A model generated the notes under the pieces. That model made no database searches. It was given only the letters and a program-made list of their open reading frames with translations, and had not been told where the DNA came from. A stretch of DNA of 64,000 nt from Pseudolabrys sp. (GTDB lineage Bacteria; Pseudomonadota; Alphaproteobacteria; Rhizobiales; Xanthobacteraceae): contig DASSRJ010000170.1 of NCBI GenBank assembly GCA_035701845.1, positions 9,175-73,174 on the forward strand. The letters run 5' to 3'. This document shows, piece by piece, positions 17,094 to 27,666 of the stretch. The position numbers and the translations under genes were made by a program. Numbering within the stretch: the stretch's first letter is position 1; every line of letters starts with the position of its first letter.

Positions 17094-18242
17094 ATGGACC
17101 TGATTACGACCACCGACCAACTAGCGGCAGCTTGCGCGCGGGCGGCGAAACACCCCTACGTGACGGTCGATACCGAATTCCTCCGCGAAACCACCTATTA
17201 TCCGCTGCTGTGCGTGGCGCAGATGGCCTCACCCGACGAGGCCGTCGTGATTGACGCCCTGGCCAACGGCATCGACCTCGCGCCGTTTTTCGACCTGATG
17301 GCCGACGAGACGGTCATCAAGGTTTTCCACGCCGCCCGACAGGACATCGAAATCGTCTGGAACCTGGCCCAGAAGATCCCCCACCCGATCGTCGATACGC
17401 AGGTCGCCGCCATGGTCCTCGGCTATGGCGACTCGATCTCCTACGACCAGCTGGTGCAGCGCATCACAGGCGATACGCTGGACAAATCGCACCGGTTCAC
17501 CGACTGGACGCGGCGGCCGCTCAGCGACGCGCAGATTTCCTACGCACTGTCGGATGTGACGCATTTGCGTGCGGTCTATCTCAAACTTGCCGAGGACCTC
17601 GAAAAACGCGGCCGCAGCAACTGGGTCGAGGCGGAAATGGATGTTCTCACTTCGCCCGACACCTACCGGGCCGACCCGGAACGCGCATGGGAGCGCCTGA
17701 AAAGCCGCGTGCGCAAACCGAAAGAACTGGCAGTACTCATCGAAGTTGCAGCATGGCGCGAGCGCGAGGCAAAGGTGCGCGACGTGCCGCGCGGACGCGT
17801 GCTCAAGGACGATGCCATTGGGGATATCGCCATCCAGGCGCCGACCACAATGGAGCGGCTTGGCCACATGCGCTCGCTGCCGAAAGGATTCGAGCGGTCG
17901 CGCTGGGGCGAACAGATCCTCGAGGCGGTCAGACGCGGGGTAGAACGTGATCCGAAGACGCTGCCGCGCCTGGAACGCTTCCGCCCCGCGGTCAATGGCG
18001 CTGCGACAGTCGAGCTGCTCAAGGTTCTGCTGCGCATGATCGCCGAGCGGCACGGGGTCGCCGCCAAGGTCATTGCGACCGTCGACGAGCTCGACCGGAT
18101 CGCCGCCGATGACGCGGCCGACGTTCCCGCGATGAAAGGCTGGCGCCGCGAATTGTTCGGGGAGAAGGCGCTCGCGCTCAAGCACGGGCGCCTGGCGCTC
18201 GCCGTCGACAAGGGAAAAGTCGTTACGGTGGAGAAAGACTGA
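17094..18242 (+). CDS. rnd: Ribonuclease D
   Basis: VDTEF, FHAARQD, DTQVAA, DWTRRPL, YALSDV and an HRDC-like C-terminal part; start may be 17058. Confidence 0.95.
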   Translation: MDLITTTDQLAAACARAAKHPYVTVDTEFLRETTYYPLLCVAQMASPDEAVVIDALANGIDLAPFFDLMADETVIKVFHAARQDIEIVWNLAQKIPHPIVDTQVAAMVLGYGDSISYDQLVQRITGDTLDKSHRFTDWTRRPLSDAQISYALSDVTHLRAVYLKLAEDLEKRGRSNWVEAEMDVLTSPDTYRADPERAWERLKSRVRKPKELAVLIEVAAWREREAKVRDVPRGRVLKDDAIGDIAIQAPTTMERLGHMRSLPKGFERSRWGEQILEAVRRGVERDPKTLPRLERFRPAVNGAATVELLKVLLRMIAERHGVAAKVIATVDELDRIAADDAADVPAMKGWRRELFGEKALALKHGRLALAVDKGKVVTVEKD

Positions 18243-18255
18243 CGCCGCCGGCCGA

Positions 18256-19833
18256 TTACGCTTCGATCGCCGACTCGCGGCCAACCAGCCGTCCCAATTG
18301 TCGCAACCGGCTGGCCAGCCGATCACTTGCAAGCTCGCCGTATGCACCCGGCAGTTTGAGAATGAGCTTGCCGCCTTTGACCTGCATCGGCGTTTTTGGA
18401 AGAACCCCCGCCTGCCCGGCGGTCAGGATATATGCGACGCGCATGGCAGCTCCGACCACCCGCGCACGATCAAGCATCCGGGTTGTCGCGAGTTCGCGCA
18501 GCCGCGGCGACAGATCCTCCTCGCTCAAGCCTGCATGGCGGAAATACACCGACAGCGCGAGGTAGGCACGGCCGGGATGGTCGATCGCCACGAAAGCACC
18601 ATTCGCAACGATGTTCATCGACTGCTCGCCGCGATAGTCCGGATGCGCGCGCCAGCCGATGTCGCCAAGCAGGCAGGCGGCATGCCGCAGGCGCTGCTCG
18701 TCTGTTGTCTCTTCCAGACCAGACGATGCAATAAAGCGGTCAGTCCAGACGATCAGCTCCTCGCCGTGGCGCGGCGAGCGTGAGCGCAGCACGTTGAGGT
18801 TGGCCGCCGCCGAAATAAGCGGATCGCGCGCGCGTTCCCGCGCGTTCAGTAACGAATAGAGCAAGCCCTCGCGTACGCCGAGCACCGAGATGATGACTTG
18901 TTTCGGCTTGATGGTGCGGACAAGATTTTCCATCACCAGCGCCGCATAAGCGAGCAGCGGCCGGCGCGCCGCGTTGACGACTTCGATCTTCGACAGGGTC
19001 TCCGGATCGACGTGATGCACCAGACGGGAGAATTCCTGCGCCTCACGCGCGGAAATCCGGTAATTGTGCATCACGTGGAACGGGTAGCCGGTTTGCCACA
19101 TGTGCAGGCGCGCCAGCGCACGCCAGGTGCCGCCGACAGCGTAAAAGGTGCGGTCTTCGCCATCGTGGAGGATATCGAGATCCTCGAAGGCCTGCTCGAC
19201 GAACTTTTCCGCTTTTTTCAGGGATTTGCCGGTGATGTCCTGCAGGGCCAGGCCGCCCAAGGGCAGCGTCACCCCACCGCGCACGCGCGTGCCATGCACA
19301 TCGACAAGCTCGAGCGATCCACCGCCGAGATCGCCGACGATACCGTCCGGCTTGTGGATGCCGGAGACGACACCCAACGCGGTGAGATGAGCCTCACGCT
19401 TGCCCGAAAGGATCGAAATGCGGGTGCCACAGATGCGTTCGGCTTCGGCGATGAATGCGCGGCCGTTGCGCGCGTCCCGGCACGCCGCCGTAGCAATCGC
19501 CCAGATGTGCCGGACATGCAGGATGTCGCAAAGGGCGCGAAATCGCCTCAGCGCGCTGAGCGCGGTCTCGATGGCATCGGCAGGCAACAAGCCGGTCGAC
19601 TGGACCTGCCGTCCGAGACCCGCCAGCACTTTCTCGTTGAAGATCGGCGTCGGCGCGCGCGTCAGGCCTTCATAGATGACGAGGCGAATCGAGTTCGAGC
19701 CGATGTCGATGACGGCGATCGACGGACCGTGATCAAGTCGGCCCTTCGGGCTGATCGCGGGTGAATACTTACGCGCCTTCGATGAGGCGGCGTATAAGGC
19801 TGCGCGGCGACGACTCTTTGAGCGATTTCCCAC
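18256..19833 (-). CDS. ppx: Exopolyphosphatase Ppx/GppA
   Basis: [27 protein letters not shown] and GVREG; start uncertain (GTG overlapping ppk). Confidence 0.93.
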   Translation of the reverse strand: MGNRSKSRRRAALYAASSKARKYSPAISPKGRLDHGPSIAVIDIGSNSIRLVIYEGLTRAPTPIFNEKVLAGLGRQVQSTGLLPADAIETALSALRRFRALCDILHVRHIWAIATAACRDARNGRAFIAEAERICGTRISILSGKREAHLTALGVVSGIHKPDGIVGDLGGGSLELVDVHGTRVRGGVTLPLGGLALQDITGKSLKKAEKFVEQAFEDLDILHDGEDRTFYAVGGTWRALARLHMWQTGYPFHVMHNYRISAREAQEFSRLVHHVDPETLSKIEVVNAARRPLLAYAALVMENLVRTIKPKQVIISVLGVREGLLYSLLNARERARDPLISAAANLNVLRSRSPRHGEELIVWTDRFIASSGLEETTDEQRLRHAACLLGDIGWRAHPDYRGEQSMNIVANGAFVAIDHPGRAYLALSVYFRHAGLSEEDLSPRLRELATTRMLDRARVVGAAMRVAYILTAGQAGVLPKTPMQVKGGKLILKLPGAYGELASDRLASRLRQLGRLVGRESAIEA

Positions 19834-22000
19834 GGCCCGAAAGGCTCGGATTTGTCATAAAGTACTTGTGGGCGTTGAAGAGCTCCTCGCCCGGGGCCGC
19901 CTTTATGCGCGTGGAACTGCCGTCGGGCAAGAGCTTCCAGCTCTGCTCATTGTCCTTGAAGTTCGCCACCATGATCTGGCCAAGGACCTGCTCATGCACG
20001 GTGACATTGAGGATCGGGCACAGGACTTCAACGCGCCGGTCGAGATTGCGCGGCATCATGTCGGCCGAGGAAATATAGACCGCGGCTTTCGAATGCGGCA
20101 GCGCATGACCTGCGCCAAAGCAATAAATACGTCCGTGCTCCAGGAACCGGCCGACGATGGATTTGACGCGGATGTTCTCCGACAGACCGGGAACGCCGGG
20201 CCGCAGGCAGCAGATTCCGCGCACCACGAGGTCGATCGCAACGCCCGCAACCGAAGCATCGTAGAGCGCGTCGATGATGCCCGGATCGACCAGTGCGTTC
20301 ATCTTCATCCAGATCGCCGCCGGCTTCCCTGCCCTGGCATGCGCGATTTCCTGCGCGATGTGGTCAAGAATCCGCTTGCGCAGGCTGATCGGCGAGACCG
20401 CCATCCGCTCGAGCTCGGCCGGCTCGGCATAGCCGGTGATGTAGTTGAAGATGCGCGCCACATCGCGGCCGATCACCGCATCGGCGGTAAAGAACGACAA
20501 GTCGGTATAAATGCGCGCGGTCACCGGATGATAGTTGCCGGTACCGACATGCACATAGGTCGCAAGCTCGCCCGCCTCGCGACGAACGACGAGTGACAGC
20601 TTGGCGTGCGTCTTCAGTTCGATGAAGCCGTAGACAACCTGGGCACCGGCGCGCTCGAGGTCCCTCGCCCAGCGGATATTGGCCTCCTCGTCAAACCGCG
20701 CCTTCAATTCGACCAGCGCGGTCACCGACTTTCCGGCTTCCGCCGCCTCGACCAGCTGCTTCACGATCGGGGACTCCGCCGACGTGCGATAGAGCGTCTG
20801 CCTGATGGCGACGACGTTCGGGTCGCGCGCGGCCTGCTGCAGAAACTGCACGACCACGTCGAAGGATTCGTACGGATGATGGACGACCAGATCTTTCTGT
20901 CGAATGGCCGCGAAGCAATCGCCGCCGTGATCGCGGATGCGCTCGGGGTAGCGCGGATTGTAGGGAACGAATTCGAGATCCGGGCGATCCAGCCTGGTCA
21001 GCTGGTTGAGGTCGTTCAGCGCCAGGACGCCATTGACCCTGAAGACCTCGTCGTCGGCGACCGCCAGTGCGCGCTGCACGAAATTGCACAATTCGCCCGG
21101 CATCGACGCCTCGAGCTCGAGACGGATCACCGAACCGCGCCGCCGCCGCTTGAGCGCGGTCTCGAAAAGCCGCACCAGATCCTCGGCTTCTTCCTCGATT
21201 TCGACCTCGGAATCGCGGATCGCACGGAATGCTCCGTGTCCTTTGACGGTATATCCGGGAAAGAGCCGGCCGATGAAAAGCGCCGTCGCCTCTTCCAGCG
21301 TGATGAGCCGCATTCCCTGATCGCCGCCGCCCGGCAGCCTTATGAACCGCTCGATCTTCTGCGGCATGCGGATCAGCGCGTTCATTGCTTTGCCGTCTTT
21401 GCTGCGCGCAAGCTGCAAAGCGATGGAAAAGGCCAGATTTGGAATAAAGGGGAACGGATGTGCCGGGTCGATCGCGAGCGGCGTCAGCAAGGGAAAAATG
21501 TGCGTAAGAAAATGCTCTTCGAGCCAGTTGCGGTCGGATTTCTTGATGTCGCTGCCGTCAACCAGAACGACGCCGGCGGCCGCAAGCTCCGGCCGCAGCT
21601 CGATCCAGCGCTGCTGCTGGTCGTGCGCGAGCTGCGACACCGCCTCGCCGATACGCGAAAGCTGCTCGGCCGGCGTCAGACCGTCCGGACTCTGGGTGAG
21701 AATGCCCTCGCGCAGCTGACCCTTGAGACCGGCCACGCGCACCATGAAGAATTCATCGAGGTTGTTGGCGGAGATCGACAGAAAACGCACGCGCTCCAGC
21801 AACGGATGCTGTGCGTTCGCCGCTTCTTCGAGCACCCGGCGATTGAAATGCAGCCAGGACAGCTCGCGGTTGATGAATCGCGCCGGCTGCGACCTCAACG
21901 ACTGGATGATGCCATCCGCACTCGGCGCAGCGACATTTGCGCGACCGCCCGTCGATGAGATTTCTTCAACCGAAGCAATAGCTTGGCCACGATCAGCCAT
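19769..22000 (-). CDS. ppk: Polyphosphate kinase 1
   Basis: [33 protein letters not shown] and RFLEH. Confidence 0.97.
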   Translation of the reverse strand: MADRGQAIASVEEISSTGGRANVAAPSADGIIQSLRSQPARFINRELSWLHFNRRVLEEAANAQHPLLERVRFLSISANNLDEFFMVRVAGLKGQLREGILTQSPDGLTPAEQLSRIGEAVSQLAHDQQQRWIELRPELAAAGVVLVDGSDIKKSDRNWLEEHFLTHIFPLLTPLAIDPAHPFPFIPNLAFSIALQLARSKDGKAMNALIRMPQKIERFIRLPGGGDQGMRLITLEEATALFIGRLFPGYTVKGHGAFRAIRDSEVEIEEEAEDLVRLFETALKRRRRGSVIRLELEASMPGELCNFVQRALAVADDEVFRVNGVLALNDLNQLTRLDRPDLEFVPYNPRYPERIRDHGGDCFAAIRQKDLVVHHPYESFDVVVQFLQQAARDPNVVAIRQTLYRTSAESPIVKQLVEAAEAGKSVTALVELKARFDEEANIRWARDLERAGAQVVYGFIELKTHAKLSLVVRREAGELATYVHVGTGNYHPVTARIYTDLSFFTADAVIGRDVARIFNYITGYAEPAELERMAVSPISLRKRILDHIAQEIAHARAGKPAAIWMKMNALVDPGIIDALYDASVAGVAIDLVVRGICCLRPGVPGLSENIRVKSIVGRFLEHGRIYCFGAGHALPHSKAAVYISSADMMPRNLDRRVEVLCPILNVTVHEQVLGQIMVANFKDNEQSWKLLPDGSSTRIKAAPGEELFNAHKYFMTNPSLSGRGKSLKESSPRSLIRRLIEGA

Positions 22001-22098
22001 TTGAAAAGTCCGCAAAATCAAGCCCTAACCGAAAAACATGGCTGCTGCATGACAGTCAGCGCCCGCATGGCGGGTGCGTCAAGCATTGCACAACTGCG

Positions 22099-22776
22099 TT
22101 AAGGGATGCGAAACAGTTCGGCGGCAAGCGCACGCGTGACCGGCCGGTGCCGGCGCATCGACTCTTCGTCGAGGCGGCGGACCGCCTGATGGGCTGCAAC
22201 AAACGACCGCTCAATGCGATTGGTGAGAAATGTGACGAGCGATTCGTCGACAGGGATCTGCCGGTCGAGCGCAAGCTTGATGATGAGCGCTTTCAGCAAC
22301 GCATCGTCGGGCGCGGTGAGCGCCACGCTCGGCACCGCGCGCATGCGGGAGACGAGATCGCGGATCGCCACCGGAAATGTCGTGAGCGGCGACCGCGAAG
22401 TGACGAGAACATAGGCCGCCTGCTCGCGTGCAAGATTGAGGAAATGAAAAAGCGCGCGCTCGTCGAGGCCTTCGAACTCGAGGTCTTCGAGCACAAGAGA
22501 TCCGGTCGCGAATGCGGCCGGCAAATCGATATGCGGCAATAACTTCGCAGACAGCACGCGCGCGCCGGCGGTCTCCGCCCAGATCGCTGCAAGATGACTC
22601 TTGCCTGAACCCTGCGGGCCAACCAGGGCGACGATCCGGTCCGGCCAGTCCGGCCATCGTTCGATCAGATTGAACGCCGCAACATTCGGCGGGCCTTGCA
22701 GGAAATCCTCGCGCGCAAAGCTCACGGAATGATCGAGCGCCAGCAAAAGCTGGCGTGGGGCAACTGCACTGTCCAT
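22099..22776 (-). CDS. hdaA: DnaA regulatory inactivator HdaA
   Basis: N-terminal clamp-binding-like RQLLL, Walker A GPQGSGKSHL, DLVSR and RIERS; conserved position near purM. Confidence 0.85.
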   Translation of the reverse strand: MDSAVAPRQLLLALDHSVSFAREDFLQGPPNVAAFNLIERWPDWPDRIVALVGPQGSGKSHLAAIWAETAGARVLSAKLLPHIDLPAAFATGSLVLEDLEFEGLDERALFHFLNLAREQAAYVLVTSRSPLTTFPVAIRDLVSRMRAVPSVALTAPDDALLKALIIKLALDRQIPVDESLVTFLTNRIERSFVAAHQAVRRLDEESMRRHRPVTRALAAELFRIP

Positions 22777-22781
22777 CCCGG

Positions 22782-23927
22782 TCAATCCGCCTCTTCCCCG
22801 GTATAAAGAGAGCTTTGCAGATAGTGGCGCAACGCAAAGCGAGTGAGCACGCCGATTGTGGCCGCAAGCGGAACGGCGACCAACAACCCGACGAAGCCAA
22901 ACAGGTAGCCGAAGGCAAGCAGCGCAAAAATCAGCCAGACCGGATGAATTCCGACGCTTTCGCCCACCAGCTTCGGGGCAAGCACGTTGCCTTCGACAAA
23001 TTGGCCGACAAGGAAAATTCCGAGCACGATCAGGATCGATCCGTAGGCCGGCCAAAACTGCGCGACCGCGACGCCAAGCGACAGCACGAGACCCGTCATA
23101 GACCCGACATACGGGATGAATGTGATGAGGCCGGAGATCAGGCCGATGAGCAGCCCGAAATTGAGCCCGGTGAGGGTGAGCGCAACCGCGTAAAACGAGC
23201 CGAGGATAAGGCACACCGCGGTCTGCCCGCGCAGGAAGCCGGCAATCGCGGCATCGACCTCGCGGGCAAGCGCGCGCACCGTGTCGCGTTGCTGGATCGG
23301 AATCCAGCTGTCCACGCTGCGGATCATGCGGTGCCAGTCGTAGATCAGGTAGAAGGCAACCACAGGCGTCACGACAACAAGCGAGAATATCGAGACGAGC
23401 GCGCGTCCGCCCGACCACAATGAGCGAAGGAATGTCGTCAACCAGCCGACTCCTTGCGTGACGAGGTCGCTGATCGACTTGTCGGCACTGAAGCCGGCAC
23501 CCAGCAGCTTCTGCAGCCAGGGCCGGCTCCTGTCGCCAAGAAGCGCCTGCAGGGTGTTCACATAGCCCGGCACGCTGTCGATAAAGGACGACAGCTGCGT
23601 GCCCACGATCGGTGCAATCAGCAAGATGATGTAGACAAGCGCAAGTACGACGACGGCGATGATGAACAGTGCCGCTGCCAGACGGTTGACGCCCAGGCGC
23701 TCGAGCCGGTCCGCAAGAGGCGTCAACAAATAGGCAATGGCAAGGCCGGCTACAAACGGCAACAGGATTTCACTCAGGAGCCATAGCGCCAGAACCACAA
23801 TCGCCAGCATCGCGAGCCAGAAAATGACCTGGCGTTCGACAACGGCGCGATCAAGAACGTGCTTGCGGCGCGATCCGGCGCGCGGGCTCACGGTTTCGCC
23901 ACCGTCGAATTCATATGCCGCACCCAT
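22782..23927 (-). CDS. AI-2E (PerM-like) family transporter
   Basis: Multi-TM; PYVG, LAPKLVGESVGIHP and GFVGLLVAVP. Confidence 0.92.
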   Translation of the reverse strand: MGAAYEFDGGETVSPRAGSRRKHVLDRAVVERQVIFWLAMLAIVVLALWLLSEILLPFVAGLAIAYLLTPLADRLERLGVNRLAAALFIIAVVVLALVYIILLIAPIVGTQLSSFIDSVPGYVNTLQALLGDRSRPWLQKLLGAGFSADKSISDLVTQGVGWLTTFLRSLWSGGRALVSIFSLVVVTPVVAFYLIYDWHRMIRSVDSWIPIQQRDTVRALAREVDAAIAGFLRGQTAVCLILGSFYAVALTLTGLNFGLLIGLISGLITFIPYVGSMTGLVLSLGVAVAQFWPAYGSILIVLGIFLVGQFVEGNVLAPKLVGESVGIHPVWLIFALLAFGYLFGFVGLLVAVPLAATIGVLTRFALRHYLQSSLYTGEEAD

Positions 23928-24433
23928 TCAGCCACATAGGCCGCGACCGACAGGAGTGTCAGCACTGCCACCAGGCTCATCAGCACAAGCGTCAGGGTCG
24001 GCAGGTTGTAGCCGAAGCCAAGTGTCCCCAGCACCACGCACGCGAACACGATCTGCGCGACGGTGTTGAGCTTTGAAACGAGCAGCGGCTTGACCTTCAG
24101 CGGCGAGCCCACAAGCCAGGACAGCATGACCGCGCCGATGATCATGATGTCACGCGAGACCACGAGGATGACCAGCCAGCCCGGAATCAGATTGTTGATG
24201 CCAAGCGTGATGTAGATCGACACGATCAACGCCTTGTCGGCAAGCGGATCGAGATAAGCGCCGAGCATGGTGGTCATCTGGAAGCGCTTGGCGAGATAGC
24301 CGTCGACCGCGTCGCTTACGCCGGCTGCCAAAAACAATATGAACGCAATCCACATCGCGCCGGATGCGATCGCCCAGACTACGATCGGCACCAGCAAAAT
24401 GCGTCCCAGCGTAATGAGATTAGGAATACTCAA
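23888..24433 (-). CDS. CDP-alcohol phosphatidyltransferase family protein
   Basis: PNLITLGR and DAVDGYLAKR...GAYLDPLADK signature; TTG start inferred. Confidence 0.9.
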   Translation of the reverse strand: MSIPNLITLGRILLVPIVVWAIASGAMWIAFILFLAAGVSDAVDGYLAKRFQMTTMLGAYLDPLADKALIVSIYITLGINNLIPGWLVILVVSRDIMIIGAVMLSWLVGSPLKVKPLLVSKLNTVAQIVFACVVLGTLGFGYNLPTLTLVLMSLVAVLTLLSVAAYVAEWVRHMNSTVAKP

Positions 24434-24627
24434 GGCAATCCCGGCTCGCGCGCGCACCCCGGCGTCAGGTGCCGGAACAGCGTCAGTCCCCCGGGCAGAG
24501 TATAACGGCGCCTGGACCATTGCACGACTTGCGATTCCAACGTAGGACCCCGGCGTAACATTTTGTCTGCGCATGATCTTTTCCGGAGTTCCGGGCATCC
24601 GAGGTCATGCGTTTGCGAGGGCGTATC

Positions 24628-25698
24628 ATGCCAGAAAATCGGCGCGGGCTCACTTACGCGCAGGCCGGTGTTGATATCGATGCCGGCAACCGGATGGTGG
24701 AGTTGATCAAGCCCCTGGTGCGGGCAACGGCACGGCCCGGCGCCGATTCCGAGATCGGCGGCTTCGGCGGAATTTTCGATCTCAGGCAGGCAGGGTACCG
24801 GGATCCCGTTCTTGTTGCAGCAACGGACGGCGTCGGCACCAAGCTCAAGGTTGCCGTTGAAACCGGCCGGCACGACACCATCGGCATTGATCTGGTCGCG
24901 ATGAGCGTGAACGACCTGGTCGTGCAAGGCGCCGAGCCCCTGTTCTTCCTTGACTACTACGCGTGCGGAAAGCTCGAGCCCGAGCTCGGCGCCGCCGTTG
25001 TCGCCGGTATCAGCATTGGCTGCCGCGAGGCCGGCTGCGCCCTGATCGGCGGCGAAACGGCGGAAATGCCCGGCGTCTATCGGGGCGACGACTACGACCT
25101 TGCAGGTTTCGCGGTCGGTGCGGTCGAACGGGACGCCGTGCTGCCGCGTGCCGACATCGCGGAAGGTGACGTCATCATCGGCCTTGGGTCTTCGGGCGTG
25201 CACTCCAACGGCTACTCGCTGGTCCGCAAGGTCGTCGAACAAGCCGGAATTGGCTGGAGCGCGCAGGCACCGTTCATGGCCGGCAAAAGCCTGGGTGAAT
25301 CAATTCTGGCGCCGACCCGGATTTACGTAAAATCATGCCTGGCGGCAATCCGCGGCACAAAGGCGGTGAAGGGGCTGGCGCATATCACCGGCGGCGGATT
25401 CCCCGATAATATTCCACGCGTGCTGCCAAAAGGTCTTGGAGCGCGCATCGATCTTGCGGCCGTGCCTGTTCTCCCGGTCTTCAAATGGCTCGCCGGCGCA
25501 GGCCGAATTGCGCAGAACGAAATGCTGCGCACATTCAATTGCGGCATCGGAATGGTCGTCGTCGTATCCGCCATGGATGCGGATGCTGTCTCGCGAGAAC
25601 TCGAGCGCGCCGGGGAAAAGGCGGTGGCGCTCGGCAAGGTCATCAAGACGTCAAGTCATGAGCGTGTCGTGTACGACGGCAAGCTCAATCTCGGGTGA
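24628..25698 (+). CDS. purM: Phosphoribosylformylglycinamidine cyclo-ligase
   Basis: [30 protein letters not shown] and TFNCGIG. Confidence 0.97.
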   Translation: MPENRRGLTYAQAGVDIDAGNRMVELIKPLVRATARPGADSEIGGFGGIFDLRQAGYRDPVLVAATDGVGTKLKVAVETGRHDTIGIDLVAMSVNDLVVQGAEPLFFLDYYACGKLEPELGAAVVAGISIGCREAGCALIGGETAEMPGVYRGDDYDLAGFAVGAVERDAVLPRADIAEGDVIIGLGSSGVHSNGYSLVRKVVEQAGIGWSAQAPFMAGKSLGESILAPTRIYVKSCLAAIRGTKAVKGLAHITGGGFPDNIPRVLPKGLGARIDLAAVPVLPVFKWLAGAGRIAQNEMLRTFNCGIGMVVVVSAMDADAVSRELERAGEKAVALGKVIKTSSHERVVYDGKLNLG

Positions 25699-25701
25699 GA
25701 C

Positions 25702-26355
25702 ATGAGCCGCAAGCGGGTCGCCGTTCTCATCTCCGGCCGCGGCTCCAACATGGCCGCCCTGATCGAAGCCGCGAAGGACAAGACTTATCCCGCGCAAATC
25801 GTGCTGGTGATGTCAAATCGTCCGGATGCGGGCGGCCTTCTGGTTGCGCAGGCCAACGGAATTGCCATCGAGGTTGTCGATCATACCGCCTACGGAAAGG
25901 ACCGCACAGGCTTCGAGCGCGCGCTGCAGACCGTGCTCGAAAAATATCGCATCGACATCGTCTGCCTGGCGGGATTCATGCGGCTGTTGACCGCAGACTT
26001 TGTCAGGCAATGGCAGCATCGAATTATCAATATCCACCCCGCTCTGCTGCCCGCATTCAAGGGGCTTGATACCCACAGACGGGCTCTTGAGGCTGGCGTC
26101 AAGGTTCATGGCGCAACCGTCCATTTCGTGGTGCCTGAAATGGATTCCGGGCCGATCATCGCACAGGCCGCAGTGAGCGTGCGGCCCGGCGACACCGAAG
26201 AGGAACTCGCTGCGCGCGTGCTCAGGGTCGAGCATCAAATCTATCCATTGGCGCTCAGGTTATTGGCCGAGGGGCGTCTGCGTGTCGAGAACGGCCGCTG
26301 CCTGATCGACGGCATTCCGGTGCCGGATCCGGCTGGTTTGATTCCGGTACCTTGA
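25702..26355 (+). CDS. purN: Phosphoribosylglycinamide formyltransferase
   Basis: SGRGSNM, LAGFMR, NIHPALLP, GATVHFV and EH..YP. Confidence 0.97.
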   Translation: MSRKRVAVLISGRGSNMAALIEAAKDKTYPAQIVLVMSNRPDAGGLLVAQANGIAIEVVDHTAYGKDRTGFERALQTVLEKYRIDIVCLAGFMRLLTADFVRQWQHRIINIHPALLPAFKGLDTHRRALEAGVKVHGATVHFVVPEMDSGPIIAQAAVSVRPGDTEEELAARVLRVEHQIYPLALRLLAEGRLRVENGRCLIDGIPVPDPAGLIPVP

Positions 26356-26571
26356 TGGGGATATTTCGCGCTGCAACAACGCATGGATGTGAATAGCCGC
26401 CCCGATCCGGTGTTGTAAAAACACTGCAACCGATGTCGTCGACGGCATCCTCCGTCCCCGACTCGGCTGCTTTAGCTTCCTTTGGGAACTTTCCCATAGT
26501 TCAACGTGAAATGTCGCCTAGGATAGCGGTGTTTGTAGTTCGAACACCGGCCAATCGAGGGAGAATGCGCA

Positions 26572-27033
26572 ATGAACGCGCGAGCAGCCAGCGACCCACG
26601 CCCAATCATTCCGGCACTAGGTCAGCACTATGGACTTGCATCCGATTTAGCTTACCTGATCATTCGTGTGACGGCAGGCGTGTTTGTCTTCGTGCATGGC
26701 TGGGTCAAAGTTACAGCGATGAGCCACGCGGGCCTAACCGGATATTTTGCAAAGCTTGGAATCGAGCCAGCGGGTTTCTGGGCCTATTACATCCCCTTCA
26801 ACGAGACAGTTGTCGCGCTAATGGTCGCGATCGGCCTGCTGACCCGTCCTGCCGCCCTTCTTTTGGTCATAGAATTCATCGTTCTAATCTTGGTCGTGCA
26901 TATCCCGCGCGGCTTCGGTGCGGCCGTGAACGGTTGGGAATTTCCATTGTTCTGGCTGCTGGTGTTGATTTCGATTGTGCTACGGGGTGGCGGGCCCTAT
27001 TCGATTGATCGCCTCATCGGCAAGGAATTCTAA
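26572..27033 (+). CDS. DoxX family membrane protein
   Basis: RVTAGVFVFVHGWVK, GLLTRPAA, NGWEFP and GGGPYSID. Confidence 0.9.
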   Translation: MNARAASDPRPIIPALGQHYGLASDLAYLIIRVTAGVFVFVHGWVKVTAMSHAGLTGYFAKLGIEPAGFWAYYIPFNETVVALMVAIGLLTRPAALLLVIEFIVLILVVHIPRGFGAAVNGWEFPLFWLLVLISIVLRGGGPYSIDRLIGKEF

Positions 27034-27054
27034 CCTCATTCTACATTATGCGAC

Positions 27055-27115
27055 CTCTACAAAAACCTGGCGATCATCGAAACTTGCTTTCCGTGATCGA
27101 TGCGGGCCCGGACGG
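27055..27115 (+). pseudogene. Frameshifted remnant of a DoxX C-terminus
   Basis: Reads LYKNLAII, then after a 1-nt shift LLSVIDAGP, aligning to KNLAIAGGLLVLFVTGGGR of the next gene; no N-terminal part is seen. Confidence 0.55.
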
Positions 27116-27205
27116 TAATGCTGGACAATTGCTTGACGAGGAGTTGACCACCAGATCGGCGGACGCAAATATTGTTCATCGCAACGATCATACCGGGGGG
27201 ACTAC

Positions 27206-27649
27206 ATGGCTAAGGGATCATCGCATCCGTTGCTTTCGCACACCGATGGCATTGCCTCAGGCATGGCCGACATCTTGCTGCTTATTGGGCGAATCCTTAT
27301 CGCGTGTGTTTTCTTGATGACCGTATGGGGTGGATCTCCGACTGTTCCCTATCTCACCTCCATTAACTTTACGAACCCGGGCATCATGAGCCCGCTGGCG
27401 AATATCGCCGAGTGGGTCATCGTCGCTTCGCTCATTCTTGGTGTCGGTACCCGCTACGGTGCTTTGCTCGGCCTCGCCTTTGTCATCATCGCGACGGTGA
27501 CGGCACACCGTTACTGGGGATATCCGCAGGCCGCCCAACTCGTGCAATACATATTCCTAACGAAAAATCTGGCAATTGCAGGCGGACTGCTCGTGCTGTT
27601 CGTGACAGGCGGCGGCCGCTTTAGTGTCGATGAAAAATTAAAGGGCTGA
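27206..27649 (+). CDS. DoxX family membrane protein
   Basis: LIGRILIA, LILGVGTR, HRYW and KNLAIAGGLLVLFVTGGGRFSVD; start may be 27260. Confidence 0.88.
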   Translation: MAKGSSHPLLSHTDGIASGMADILLLIGRILIACVFLMTVWGGSPTVPYLTSINFTNPGIMSPLANIAEWVIVASLILGVGTRYGALLGLAFVIIATVTAHRYWGYPQAAQLVQYIFLTKNLAIAGGLLVLFVTGGGRFSVDEKLKG

Positions 27650-27666
27650 CGAAAAGATACGGCGGT

